NCBI GenBank assembly: GCA_963747695.1
Contig: CAVVFV010000010.1
Span: forward strand, 197,618 to 261,617
Length of the DNA: 64,000 nt
Direction: 5' to 3'
Source: Candidatus Falkowbacteria bacterium
Lineage (GTDB): Bacteria > Patescibacteriota > Patescibacteriia > Patescibacteriales > WJLG01
The notes beneath the pieces are model-generated. The model was not told where the DNA came from. It saw only the letters and a list, made by a program, of their open reading frames with translations, and did not search any database. A program made the translations under genes and the position numbers. This document shows positions 43,600 through 52,608 of the stretch, piece after piece. The first letter of the stretch is position 1. Every line of letters starts with the position of its first letter.

Positions 43600-44772
43600 A
43601 TGCTGAATCAGCACCAGCAGATTTTTGAACAGATCAAGAAAGCGAAAAATATTTTGATCGCTTTTTCGTCCAATTGGAACGGGGACAACATCGCCAGCGC
43701 CCTGGCTTTTTATTTGTGGTTGAAAAAAATCGGCAAGAAGGCGGAAATAATTTCCAGCAAATCCGAAGACGGCACGGCCATGGAGATCAAGAGCAAGGCT
43801 TTTGATTTTCTGCCGGCCTTCAGTGAAATCAAACGCGTCGCCCGCGAAATGAATAAATTCGTCATCTCGCTCAATCTCTCCAAGGCGCAAGTGAAAGGCG
43901 TCAAATACCGGTTGGAGGCGGGCGCGGCCAAATTCATCATCACGCCGCAGAAGGGAAATTTCACCGAAGAAGATGTGAAAGTTGAAACCGAAGGATCAAA
44001 ATATGACTTGATAATCGTCCTGGATACGCCGGATATGGAATCGTTAGGCAAACTTTTTTCCGAGAACACTCAATTTTTTTACAGCACGCCGATTGTCAAT
44101 ATCGACCATCATTCGTCTAACGAAGAATTCGGGCAGATAAATTTAATTCAAATCAATGCGGTTGCGACGGCGGAAATTATTTTTTCCCTTTTAAGTTCAT
44201 ATGAAGAAAATTTGATTGATGAAGACATCGCCACTTGCCTTTTGACCGGCATCATTTCCAAGACCAAAAATTTCAAAACCGCCAATGTCACGCCGGATAC
44301 TTTAGCCGCGACTTCGTCTTTAATTTCCAAAGACGCGCGCCGCGAGGAAATCGTCAATAAATTATATCGTTCCCGCGGCATCGGCGTTTTAAAACTCTGG
44401 GGAATAATCTTATCTCGCCTCACCTACGCCAAAAACGGTCAGATCATCTGGTCGGCCGTTACCAATAATGATTTCATCAAAACCGACACTTCCAAGAGCG
44501 ATCTGAATGATATAATCGACGAATTAATCGCCAATATTCCCGAAGCCAAGGTGATCATCATCTTTTATGAAATCACTGATGCGACAGGCAACATCACCGT
44601 CAACTTCCTGGTCCATTCGCCGAAAAATATCAATGTACTTGATTTGACGAAAGATTATAATCCCAAAGGCGATGAAAAGATGGTCGAGATCGAAACCAAG
44701 AAACAATTAGAAGAAATCAAGGAAGAAATAATCGAATTGATCGACAAAAAAATCAACCAGTATTCGGCTTAG
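43600..44772 (+). CDS. DHH-family phosphoesterase (NrnA-like oligoribonuclease/pAp phosphatase)
   Basis: GDNIASALAF, IIVLDTPD and NIDHHSSNEEFG motifs, plus a DHHA1-like C-terminus. The start could be the TTG at 43558. Confidence 0.75.
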   Translation: MLNQHQQIFEQIKKAKNILIAFSSNWNGDNIASALAFYLWLKKIGKKAEIISSKSEDGTAMEIKSKAFDFLPAFSEIKRVAREMNKFVISLNLSKAQVKGVKYRLEAGAAKFIITPQKGNFTEEDVKVETEGSKYDLIIVLDTPDMESLGKLFSENTQFFYSTPIVNIDHHSSNEEFGQINLIQINAVATAEIIFSLLSSYEENLIDEDIATCLLTGIISKTKNFKTANVTPDTLAATSSLISKDARREEIVNKLYRSRGIGVLKLWGIILSRLTYAKNGQIIWSAVTNNDFIKTDTSKSDLNDIIDELIANIPEAKVIIIFYEITDATGNITVNFLVHSPKNINVLDLTKDYNPKGDEKMVEIETKKQLEEIKEEIIELIDKKINQYSA

Positions 44773-44960
44773 CTTCGCGGGCTTGAAAAATATAATTTAA
44801 CGTGTTAAATTGGTTATTGTTATCAAACCGATAACAAAGCGTCCGGAATGAGAGCGTCCATAGCTTCCCGCCAAAAGGACGGGGCAAGCAGCCGGACGAT
44901 AAAGCACGGCTCTTACTTGTCCCGCCAAATTTTTCAAATTATATTTCACCGCCGCCACAA

Positions 44961-45037
44961 GGGCGCATAGCTCAGTTGGTAAGAGCACCGCTCTTATAAA
45001 GCGGGGGTCGATGGTTCAAATCCATCTGCGCCCACCA
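44961..45037 (+). tRNA. tRNA-Ile (anticodon TAT), CCA encoded
   Basis: GGGCGCA..CCGCT CTTATAA AGCGG GGGTC GATGG TTCAAAT CCATC TGCGCCC ACCA. Confidence 0.8.
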
Positions 45038-45063
45038 AGATTAAATTGAAAAATTTGGCGGGA

Positions 45064-45103
45064 TAAAGCCGGGGTCGATGGTTCGAGTCCATCTGGACGC
45101 ACA
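45064..45103 (+). pseudogene. orphan 3' half of a tRNA
   Basis: ATAAAGCCGGGGTCGATGGTTCGAGTCCATCTGGACGCACA parallels the 3' half of the adjacent tRNA-Ile but has a different acceptor strand. No matching 5' half. Confidence 0.6.
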
Positions 45104-45183
45104 GTGACAATATTCTTTGTTGCAAAAATATTTTACGTACATTACAATTATAATATAACAATAAGCAGCTCTATTGTTCGGTT

Positions 45184-45873
45184 ATGCAAAAATTGGACAG
45201 AAAACAGAAGGCCATAAGGTTAAGAATTCGGGGTAAAAGCTTGGGAGAAATATCCGTTGACTTGAAAATTCCCAAATCAACTCTTAGCGGCTGGTTAAAA
45301 AAAGTCGGGATGCCTTTAAAATTAAAGAGGGCGTTGAATAAAAAACGGCTTGATGCTTTAATTTTTGCCAGAACAAAAGCGGCGGATTCTCACAAACGAG
45401 AGCGGCGGGAAAGAATGGAAAAGATTGAAAAAGAAGCGAGCCATTTTTTGCAAGGCGTAAAATTAAGTAAGGCTACGGCCGAACTGATTTTTTCCAGTTT
45501 TTATTTGGCGGAAGGAGCGAAAAGAAGAGGAAGTTTGGAGATTGCCAATTCCAATCCGGAAATTTTAGCCGGCTTCTGGAAATTAATGAAAATTCTGTAC
45601 CCGCTTGATTCGGGAAGAGTTCGCTGTCATCTTTATTTAAGGCTGGATCAGCCGGAAAAAGAATTAAAAAAATACTGGTCTGATGTCTTAAACATTCCGG
45701 AAAAACAATTTATCAAAAGCCAATTTGACAAACGCGCGATTTCTGCGACGCGCCCGGATTATAAAGGGGTCTGCTGTATTTATTATAATGATGTAAATTT
45801 GCAAAAAAGAGCCATTGCCATTGGCGAAGAATTGCTTAAAAAATTAAAGGTTATAAAAAATTTGGGCGGTTAG
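45184..45873 (+). CDS. HTH plus LAGLIDADG-like homing-endonuclease family protein
   Basis: N-terminal HTH RGKSLGEISVDLKIPKSTLSGWLKK. ELIFSSFYLAEGAKRRGSLEIANSNPEIL resembles a LAGLIDADG block, followed by KKYWSDVLNIPEKQF. The stop overlaps tRNA-Val by 10 nt. Confidence 0.45.
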   Translation: MQKLDRKQKAIRLRIRGKSLGEISVDLKIPKSTLSGWLKKVGMPLKLKRALNKKRLDALIFARTKAADSHKRERRERMEKIEKEASHFLQGVKLSKATAELIFSSFYLAEGAKRRGSLEIANSNPEILAGFWKLMKILYPLDSGRVRCHLYLRLDQPEKELKKYWSDVLNIPEKQFIKSQFDKRAISATRPDYKGVCCIYYNDVNLQKRAIAIGEELLKKLKVIKNLGG

Positions 45874-45939
45874 CTCAGTTGGTTAGAGCGTTTCCTTGAC
45901 ATGGAAAAGGTCAGAGGTTCGAATCCCCTACCGCCCACC
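45864..45939 (+). tRNA. tRNA-Val (anticodon GAC)
   Basis: GGGCGGT..TTTCC TTGACAT GGAAA AGGTC AGAGG TTCGAAT CCCCT ACCGCCC A. Confidence 0.85.
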
Positions 45940-46084
45940 GAAAATCAGAGAAGAGATAAGAGAGAAAAAAGAAGAAAAAAAACGATTTTTTGTTTCTTCG
46001 CCCTTATCTCTTTTTTGTTGCCAGCCGCGATTTTGATAAAAAAAATTCGTCTCTTCTCTCTTATCTCTTAACTCTTATCTGCTC

Positions 46085-46393
46085 ATGAAAAGATTTCAAC
46101 GGAAAATAGAAGATTTCGTCTGTGAAAATTGCGGAGCGAAAGTCAAAGGCAACGGTTATACCAACCATTGCCCGCATTGTCTTTGGAGCAAGCACGTCGA
46201 TATCAATCCGGGCGACCGCGGCTCGGAATGCGGCGGGCTGATGAAGCCGGTTGACATTGAAGTGAAAAAAGGAGAATATATCCTGACACAGAAGTGCGTG
46301 AAGTGCGGCCATCGGCGAAAGAACAGGATAAATATAGAAGATGAGATGGACAAAGTGATCGAACTGTCTAAAAATTTAATATTCACCATCTAA
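46085..46393 (+). CDS. RNHCP domain zinc-ribbon protein
   Basis: CENCG..GYTNHCPHCLWSKHVD..CGG..CVKCG. Confidence 0.7.
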   Translation: MKRFQRKIEDFVCENCGAKVKGNGYTNHCPHCLWSKHVDINPGDRGSECGGLMKPVDIEVKKGEYILTQKCVKCGHRRKNRINIEDEMDKVIELSKNLIFTI

Positions 46394-46455
46394 ATTAACG
46401 CCTAGATCATAAAATACCCTGAGAATAAATATTCTTTAATTAAAGGAGGCAAATC

Positions 46456-46719
46456 ATGGCTGAGCGACTCTCCCCCGGACCGTTCTTGGAAAAAATTTCC
46501 AAGGGGGCAAGGATCTTTTGCACCAATGGCCCGCTGGGCGTCATCGAAACGATCGCCAGCGAAACCTTTACCATCAAGCTGACGATTACCGATCTGGGCT
46601 TCAATGTCGTTCCTTACGAACTGAATAAGGAAAACAAGTTCTTTCAAATCAAAACCGGACGGAACTGCGTCCTGATTTCGGTCGCCCCCAACCGCGACGT
46701 CTGCGTAATTCATCCTTAA
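46456..46719 (+). CDS. hypothetical small protein
   Basis: SD AAAGGAGGCAAATC before the ATG; 87 aa. Confidence 0.45.
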   Translation: MAERLSPGPFLEKISKGARIFCTNGPLGVIETIASETFTIKLTITDLGFNVVPYELNKENKFFQIKTGRNCVLISVAPNRDVCVIHP

Positions 46720-46847
46720 TCGGCCGGCTAAACGGCATCCTCTTACTTTATTATTTAAGCAAACCGGTCTCCAGGCCGGTTTTTTCTTGCGATAATTGGC
46801 TTAAAATTGTATAATCAATAATGTAAAATTATCATTAGCCAACCATT

Positions 46848-47261
46848 ATGTTCGAGTTATTCAAAAAGGATTCGGGGCAAAATCTGCCTGGCGCGAAGGA
46901 ATCGGCTCACGATTGGCAGCCGGCGGATTTCGAAGAAGGCCAGTTATCGCTGGATGTTTACGAAACGGAAAAGAATATCATCGTCAAATCCACCATTGCC
47001 GGAGTCAAACCGGACGATCTGGACATCACCATCGATAATGATATGCTGACGATCCGCGGCAAACGCCATGACGAAGCCGGCGAAGAAGGCCGGGACTACC
47101 TCTATCAGGAATGCTATTGGGGGTCATTTTCCCGCTCGGTGATTTTGCCGGTCGAGGTGGACGCCAAGAAAATCGACGCCTCGCTGGAGAACGGAGTCTT
47201 GACCATTACTCTGAAAAAGGTTAAAAAGGCAGGTAAGGTAGGGGTAAAAGTAAAAAGTTAA
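46848..47261 (+). CDS. Hsp20/alpha-crystallin small heat-shock protein
   Basis: LSLDVYETEKNIIVKSTIAGVKPDDLDITIDNDMLTIRGKR .. GSFSRSVILP .. ASLENGVLTITLKK. Confidence 0.85.
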   Translation: MFELFKKDSGQNLPGAKESAHDWQPADFEEGQLSLDVYETEKNIIVKSTIAGVKPDDLDITIDNDMLTIRGKRHDEAGEEGRDYLYQECYWGSFSRSVILPVEVDAKKIDASLENGVLTITLKKVKKAGKVGVKVKS

Positions 47262-47285
47262 AAGTAATAAGTAATAAAAAATTTC

Positions 47286-47480
47286 ATGAAATTGATTTTT
47301 ACCGTTGAAAAAATTGAAATTGATCGGGTTATTCTCAATGATGAAAGCGGTAAAAAAATTTATTGGCCGAAAGACAAATTGCCCGCTAACGTTAAGGAGG
47401 ACGATAAAATAACTTTCAGTATCGGCGAGGATGATAATCTGGCCAAGGATATTTTAAACGAGATACTCGAAGTTAAATGA
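47286..47480 (+). CDS. DUF3006-like small protein
   Basis: VEKIEIDRVILNDESGKKIYWPKDKLPANVKEDDKI fits the DUF3006 pattern as I recall it. Confidence 0.4.
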   Translation: MKLIFTVEKIEIDRVILNDESGKKIYWPKDKLPANVKEDDKITFSIGEDDNLAKDILNEILEVK

Positions 47481-47504
47481 AATATTACGAGCAGCTAACT
47501 GACC

Positions 47505-49379
47505 ATGCTAGCTTTTCTAAAAAAACCGGAAGAAAATAAAAAAAAGCCCCACTATTGGCCGCTCTATTTCGTGGCTGTTTTTTTTATTTTGGCTGATCTG
47601 GCCGCTTCGTCATATCTCGTCTTCGAAGAATATTACAAAAATAAAATTTATCCCGGTATAAGCATCGGCGAGCTCTATTTGGGAGGAAAAACCGCGGACG
47701 AGGCAAAGAATATCCTGGAAACCAAAGTCAACGAACTCAATCAGAATGGTTTGAAATTCGCCTACGGCGAAAACGAAGCGACGATCACGCCGATAATTTC
47801 TTCTTTCAACGGCGACCTGGCTTATCAGGTCATAACGATCAACGTCGACGAAACGATCAGCCGCGCCTTAAGCGTCGGCCGCGATGCCGGAATACGCGCC
47901 GATCTCCTGGATCAGTTTGAAGCAATGCTGAACGGCCGGCGGATTTTTGTTTCTTTTTCCCTGGACGAAGAACAAATCACTAAGATGCTGGCTGATGATT
48001 TCGGCCAGTTCGCCGCCCCGGCGGAAAACGCCAAACTATTCGCCACCACCACTGACCGGCTCGGTAATGAACAGCTAACCCTGAAAATCGCCGCTGAAAA
48101 AACCGGTTACCAGCTTGATTATGACCGGGCCATCCTGGAAATGAAAGCTAATTTGAATAATTTCAACACCTCGACGATCGAATTGGCTTCAACCGAAGGC
48201 GCTCCGGAAATCAGCCAAAATGATTGCGCTCCGTTGCTGGCGCCGGCCCAAAAATTTTTGGACGACGCCGCCTTGACTCTGACTTACGCCAACCAGAAAT
48301 TCCCCGTCCCCAAAAATCAATTAGCTTCCTGGCTGGCGATCGACCGCGCCACCGACAGTCAAATGATTTTAGACTTGGACGAGGATAAAATCTCCGCCTG
48401 GCTCAAGCAGACAGCCGCGCCGAAGATTGAAATACCGTCGGCCGATGCCCGATTCGAGATCAAGAACGGCAAAGTGGTCCAATTCAACCAGAGCCGGAAC
48501 GGAATAGAAATAGACGTGGATCAGACTTATCAAAATTTAAAAACCGATTTTCTGGCTGATGATAAAAATATCGTCAGCATCGCCGTTGCCACCATCACCG
48601 GGGAAATCGCCGCCGCGCAAACGAATAATCTCGGCATCACCGAGATCGTCGGCACCGGCCAATCCAATTTCGCCCTCTCTCCCAAAAATCGCATCCACAA
48701 TATCGGCGTCGGCGCCGCCGCCCTGAATGGTTTGTTAATCCCGCCGGGCACGGAATTTTCCGTCGATAAGGCGCTGGGCGAAGTCGACGCCAAAACCGGC
48801 TACCTGCCGGAAATGACGATCATGGGCGATAAAACCGTCCCGCAAGAAGGCGGCGGCTTGTGTCAGATCGGCACGACGATGTTCCGCGCGGCGCTGGCTG
48901 CCGGATTTCCGATCACCGCCCGCCAGCCTCATTCTTACCGCGTCGTTTATTACGAGCCGGCCGGCACCGACGCGACCATCTACCAGCCCTGGCCGGATCT
49001 GCGTTTCATCAATGACTCGCCGAATTATATCCTGATCCAGACTCGTTCCAGCGGCACCATTCTGTATTTTGATCTTTGGGGGACTAAGGACGGGCGCCAA
49101 GTCGTGGAAACGGCGCCGACGATCTATAACATCACCAAACCTTTGCCTCCCAAATATACCGAAACGCTTAGCTTGCCGCCCGGCCAAAAAAAATGCACGG
49201 AACTTTCCCATAACGGCGCCGATGCCTTTTTTGATTACACGGTCACTTACCCGGACGGCACGGTCAAACAAAAAAGATTCACTTCGCATTATGTTCCCTG
49301 GCGCGAAGTCTGCCTGATCGGCGTCAAAACCCTTTCCGCCAGCTCCACGCCCACTTCTTCGCCGGCAACTGCCAACTAA
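47505..49379 (+). CDS. VanW-family protein with N-terminal membrane anchor
   Basis: GGGLCQIGTTMFRAALAAGFPITARQPHSYRVVYY is the VanW core. Upstream is a PG-binding-like region. Confidence 0.8.
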   Translation: MLAFLKKPEENKKKPHYWPLYFVAVFFILADLAASSYLVFEEYYKNKIYPGISIGELYLGGKTADEAKNILETKVNELNQNGLKFAYGENEATITPIISSFNGDLAYQVITINVDETISRALSVGRDAGIRADLLDQFEAMLNGRRIFVSFSLDEEQITKMLADDFGQFAAPAENAKLFATTTDRLGNEQLTLKIAAEKTGYQLDYDRAILEMKANLNNFNTSTIELASTEGAPEISQNDCAPLLAPAQKFLDDAALTLTYANQKFPVPKNQLASWLAIDRATDSQMILDLDEDKISAWLKQTAAPKIEIPSADARFEIKNGKVVQFNQSRNGIEIDVDQTYQNLKTDFLADDKNIVSIAVATITGEIAAAQTNNLGITEIVGTGQSNFALSPKNRIHNIGVGAAALNGLLIPPGTEFSVDKALGEVDAKTGYLPEMTIMGDKTVPQEGGGLCQIGTTMFRAALAAGFPITARQPHSYRVVYYEPAGTDATIYQPWPDLRFINDSPNYILIQTRSSGTILYFDLWGTKDGRQVVETAPTIYNITKPLPPKYTETLSLPPGQKKCTELSHNGADAFFDYTVTYPDGTVKQKRFTSHYVPWREVCLIGVKTLSASSTPTSSPATAN

Positions 49380-49488
49380 AATTTTTAAACTAAAATGCCG
49401 ATCGGGTAAATGATCGGCATTTTAGTTTAAAATTAACCGGCGGATAAAAAAAGGTTGTCCGAATGGACAACCGGTCTGGAAATGAACT

Positions 49489-49743
49489 TTACTTGTGCTG
49501 CGCGTCAAGCTTCGGCGTAATGTAATCTATCAGCTGGGTCAGATTCTTTATTCTTCCGATATCAGCAGTCGGGATCTCGATGCCATATTTTTTTTCAATA
49601 CCCGACGTGATATCGACCATATCGAGCGAATCGGCCCCCAGGTCCTTCACGAATTCTTTACCGGCGGATATTTTCGCCGCTTTGACTCCCAATACTTCAG
49701 AAATTATCGCCTTAACCTGCCACTCCAGTTCTCCCATACCCAT
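49489..49743 (-). CDS. acyl carrier protein-like
   Basis: LGADSLDMVDITSGIEKKYGIEIP contains the DSL phosphopantetheine attachment motif. The ATG at 49743 follows AGGAGGATTT. Confidence 0.75.
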   Translation of the reverse strand: MGMGELEWQVKAIISEVLGVKAAKISAGKEFVKDLGADSLDMVDITSGIEKKYGIEIPTADIGRIKNLTQLIDYITPKLDAQHK

Positions 49744-50417
49744 AAATCCTCCTTTTTTATTGACGAAAATTAAAGACCCAAAGATCAACTAATCTTTCGA
49801 TCTTAAACCCAAATGCCTCTCCTGTCAACCCGTTATTAAGGATTATCTTCAGTCTATTCGGGAACAATAACGCATCTTTGTTTCTTTAGCCAAAACAAAA
49901 AGACCGGCTCAAACGGGAAGGCAAGAAAATTTTCGTTAGGGTTCTTCGAGCCTGGTCCTGGTCGCGACTTTTTTATTTTACCTCGAGAGATAAAAATTAT
50001 AAAAAGTTTCGAACAACACCAGGCCCAAAAATCCTAAGAGAAAATCCCCATGCTTGTCGTGCCTACCCCGTTTCAACCGGCCTTGATAATAATCCTAATT
50101 TGCGAATGCATCTAAATCTACGAATATTAATTTTAATTCGGATTTCTATATTCGTAGCATTTGTAGCAAATCTTGATATGATAGCACGGCAATAAATAAT
50201 TGTCAATAGCTAAAATGACCAAATAATCCTAATTTTAGACCTAATTTGTGAAATTGGCTAACATTAAGGTTTTAATTCGATAATTTTTACTTCTTTTAGC
50301 CCTATTTATTGCCTTCCGCGTCAGCGAGAGAAACAAATTGAACCGGGAAGCATTTTTTTTATATTTTTATGTTATAATTTTACTTACGGACAGAAGATAA
50401 AATAGTTTCAACGACTT

Positions 50418-51131
50418 ATGCTAATCGAAGTGAAGAATTTGGTTAAGGAGTATCGCAATGAAGACGTGGTTACCAGCGTGCTGCACGGCCTTAATTTTGA
50501 AATAAAAAAAGGCGAATTCGTTTCGATTATGGGTCCTTCGGGTTCGGGCAAATCAACCCTGATGCATATCCTCGGCTTGCTTGATCGTCCGACCGGCGGC
50601 GTTTACAAATTCGACGGCCATAACGTGCTCGATCTCGATGATAACGAACTGGCGATCCTGCGCAATGAAAAGATCGGTTTTGTCTTTCAGGCATTCAATC
50701 TCCTGCCGCGCACCACAGTTATCGAAAACGTCAAACTGCCGCTCCTGTATTCCAAAAAGAAAATCAACCCTGACGAGCGGGCCCAGCAAGTCTTGGATTC
50801 GGTCGGCTTGGAACATCGGCTCCAATATTTCACCAATCAGATTTCGGGCGGCGAAAAACAGCGGGTGGCGATCGCCCGCGCCCTGGTGAATGATCCGGAA
50901 ATAATCTTCGCCGATGAGCCGACCGGCAATCTTGATTCCAAATCCGGCATCCAGGTGATGGAAATTTTCCAAAAATTGAACGATCTCGGCCACACGATAA
51001 TCTTGGTCACTCACGAAACCGCCACCGCCGAATACGCCGACCGCATCATCCGCATCCGCGACGGCGAGATCATCGGCGACGAGGAAGTCGTCAACAAAAG
51101 AAGAGGCGATGGCAACGGCATCCTCAAATAA
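50418..51131 (+). CDS. ABC transporter ATP-binding protein (MacB/LolD type)
   Basis: Walker [10 protein letters not shown], signature [15 protein letters not shown], Walker [13 protein letters not shown]. Confidence 0.9.
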   Translation: MLIEVKNLVKEYRNEDVVTSVLHGLNFEIKKGEFVSIMGPSGSGKSTLMHILGLLDRPTGGVYKFDGHNVLDLDDNELAILRNEKIGFVFQAFNLLPRTTVIENVKLPLLYSKKKINPDERAQQVLDSVGLEHRLQYFTNQISGGEKQRVAIARALVNDPEIIFADEPTGNLDSKSGIQVMEIFQKLNDLGHTIILVTHETATAEYADRIIRIRDGEIIGDEEVVNKRRGDGNGILK

Positions 51132-51140
51132 AATTCAAAA

Positions 51141-51252
51141 CATGATGCGAATACTACAAATTATTCGCGAATACAGCGAACATTTTAACGAATTAAAATT
51201 CGTTTCGTAACTTTCGCGGTATTCGCGTACAATTCGTAGTATTCGCATCATA
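51141..51252. repeat. intra-operon long palindrome of the gcgaat word family
   Basis: CATGATGCGAATACTAC.. pairs with ..GTAGTATTCGCATCATATG. It fills the whole spacer between the ATPase and permease genes. Confidence 0.8.
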
Positions 51253-52523
51253 TGACCGACTTCAAAATAATGTTTAACTTCGTTAGACAATGCGCCAAGG
51301 CTTCGCTGGCTTCGCTTCTCGCCAACAAAACGAGGAGTTTTTTGACGATGCTCGGCATCATCATCGGCGTGGCGGCGGTCATCATCATTATGTCGCTGGG
51401 CGCCGGCGCGCAGAATCTGATCATTTCGCAGATCAAAACTTTCGGTACCAATAAAATCGGGATTCTCCCGGGAAAAGCGGAAACCACCGGACCGCCGGCT
51501 TCGGCGCTGGGAATCGTCGTCACCAGTTTGAAATTCGAGGATGCCCAGGCGTTGCGCAACAATCCCAGCATCCCGCATCTCACCGGCGTGGTGGCTTATG
51601 ACAGCTCTTCGGAAACTTTAAGCTATCAAGCTACTTCTTATACCACTTCGGTCGAGGGCGCTTCCGGCGATTATTTCACGGTCGAAGGCGGCGACTTGGC
51701 GAGCGGCCGATTCTTTACCGACGCGGAAGCGCAAGCCACCTCGCGCGTGGTGGTCTTGGGCGACACCGTCAAGAACGAACTGTTCGGCGATTCTCCGGCG
51801 GTCGGCGCCAACATCAAGATCAGCAATCATATCTTCCAGGTGATCGGCGTGATGAAGAAAAGAGGAACGATCCTGGTTCAGAATTACGACGACATGGTGA
51901 TCATCCCCGACCAAACAATGCAAAGAATAATCTTAGGCGTCGATTATTTGAATTTCATCCGCGCCACCGTCGATAACGAAAGCAATATGAATGAAACGGT
52001 GGCGGAAATTAAAGACGTGTTGCGCACCCGCCATGATATCACCGACCAGTCCGGAAACTCCGATGATTTCAACGTCCGCAACTCGGCCGACGCCCTGACC
52101 CTGATCACCACCGTTACCGACGCCCTGAAATTTTTCCTGACCGCGATGGCCGGCTTGTCGCTCCTGGTCGGCGGCATCGGCATTATGAATATCATGCTGG
52201 TCGCCGTTAACGAACGAACCAGAGAAATCGGTCTGCGCAAAGCGGTCGGCGCCAGCAACAGCAACATCATTCTGCAATTCTTGATTGAAACGATCATCAT
52301 CACCACTTTGGGCGGCTTGATCGGCATTGCGGTCGGCACCTTAGTCTCTCTTTTGGCCGACGTGATAATCCGCAGTCTGGGTTATGATTGGTCTTTTTCC
52401 GTTTCCTTATTATCAATTGTTATGGCGCTCACCGTTTCCGCCGCCATCGGCCTGATCTTCGGAATCTATCCGGCCAACAAAGCTTCGAAGCTTGAACCGG
52501 TGGAAGCGCTTCGCTACGAATAA
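51252..52523 (+). CDS. ABC transporter permease (MacB-like periplasmic core plus FtsX domain)
   Basis: N-terminal TM helix, large periplasmic domain, and a C-terminal FtsX block with REIGLRKAVGA. Confidence 0.85.
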   Translation: MTDFKIMFNFVRQCAKASLASLLANKTRSFLTMLGIIIGVAAVIIIMSLGAGAQNLIISQIKTFGTNKIGILPGKAETTGPPASALGIVVTSLKFEDAQALRNNPSIPHLTGVVAYDSSSETLSYQATSYTTSVEGASGDYFTVEGGDLASGRFFTDAEAQATSRVVVLGDTVKNELFGDSPAVGANIKISNHIFQVIGVMKKRGTILVQNYDDMVIIPDQTMQRIILGVDYLNFIRATVDNESNMNETVAEIKDVLRTRHDITDQSGNSDDFNVRNSADALTLITTVTDALKFFLTAMAGLSLLVGGIGIMNIMLVAVNERTREIGLRKAVGASNSNIILQFLIETIIITTLGGLIGIAVGTLVSLLADVIIRSLGYDWSFSVSLLSIVMALTVSAAIGLIFGIYPANKASKLEPVEALRYE

Positions 52524-52524
52524 A

Positions 52525-52598
52525 CATAATGCTAATCTCGCTAATGATGCGAATATACGAATTCGCAGATTCGCATCATTCGAAAATTAGCATTATAT
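52525..52598. repeat. intra-operon long palindrome of the gcgaat word family
   Basis: ATAATGCTAATCTCGCTAATGATGCGAAT pairs with ATTCGCATCATTCGAAAATTAGCATTAT. Confidence 0.8.
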
Positions 52599-52608
52599 CT
52601 AATTTTTT

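Noticed and set aside
49489-49743. Standalone ACP as evidence of a hidden biosynthetic cluster
   Set aside because: No synthase, ligase or PPTase gene is adjacent in this window. An orphan ACP alone is insufficient, so it is listed only as a feature.
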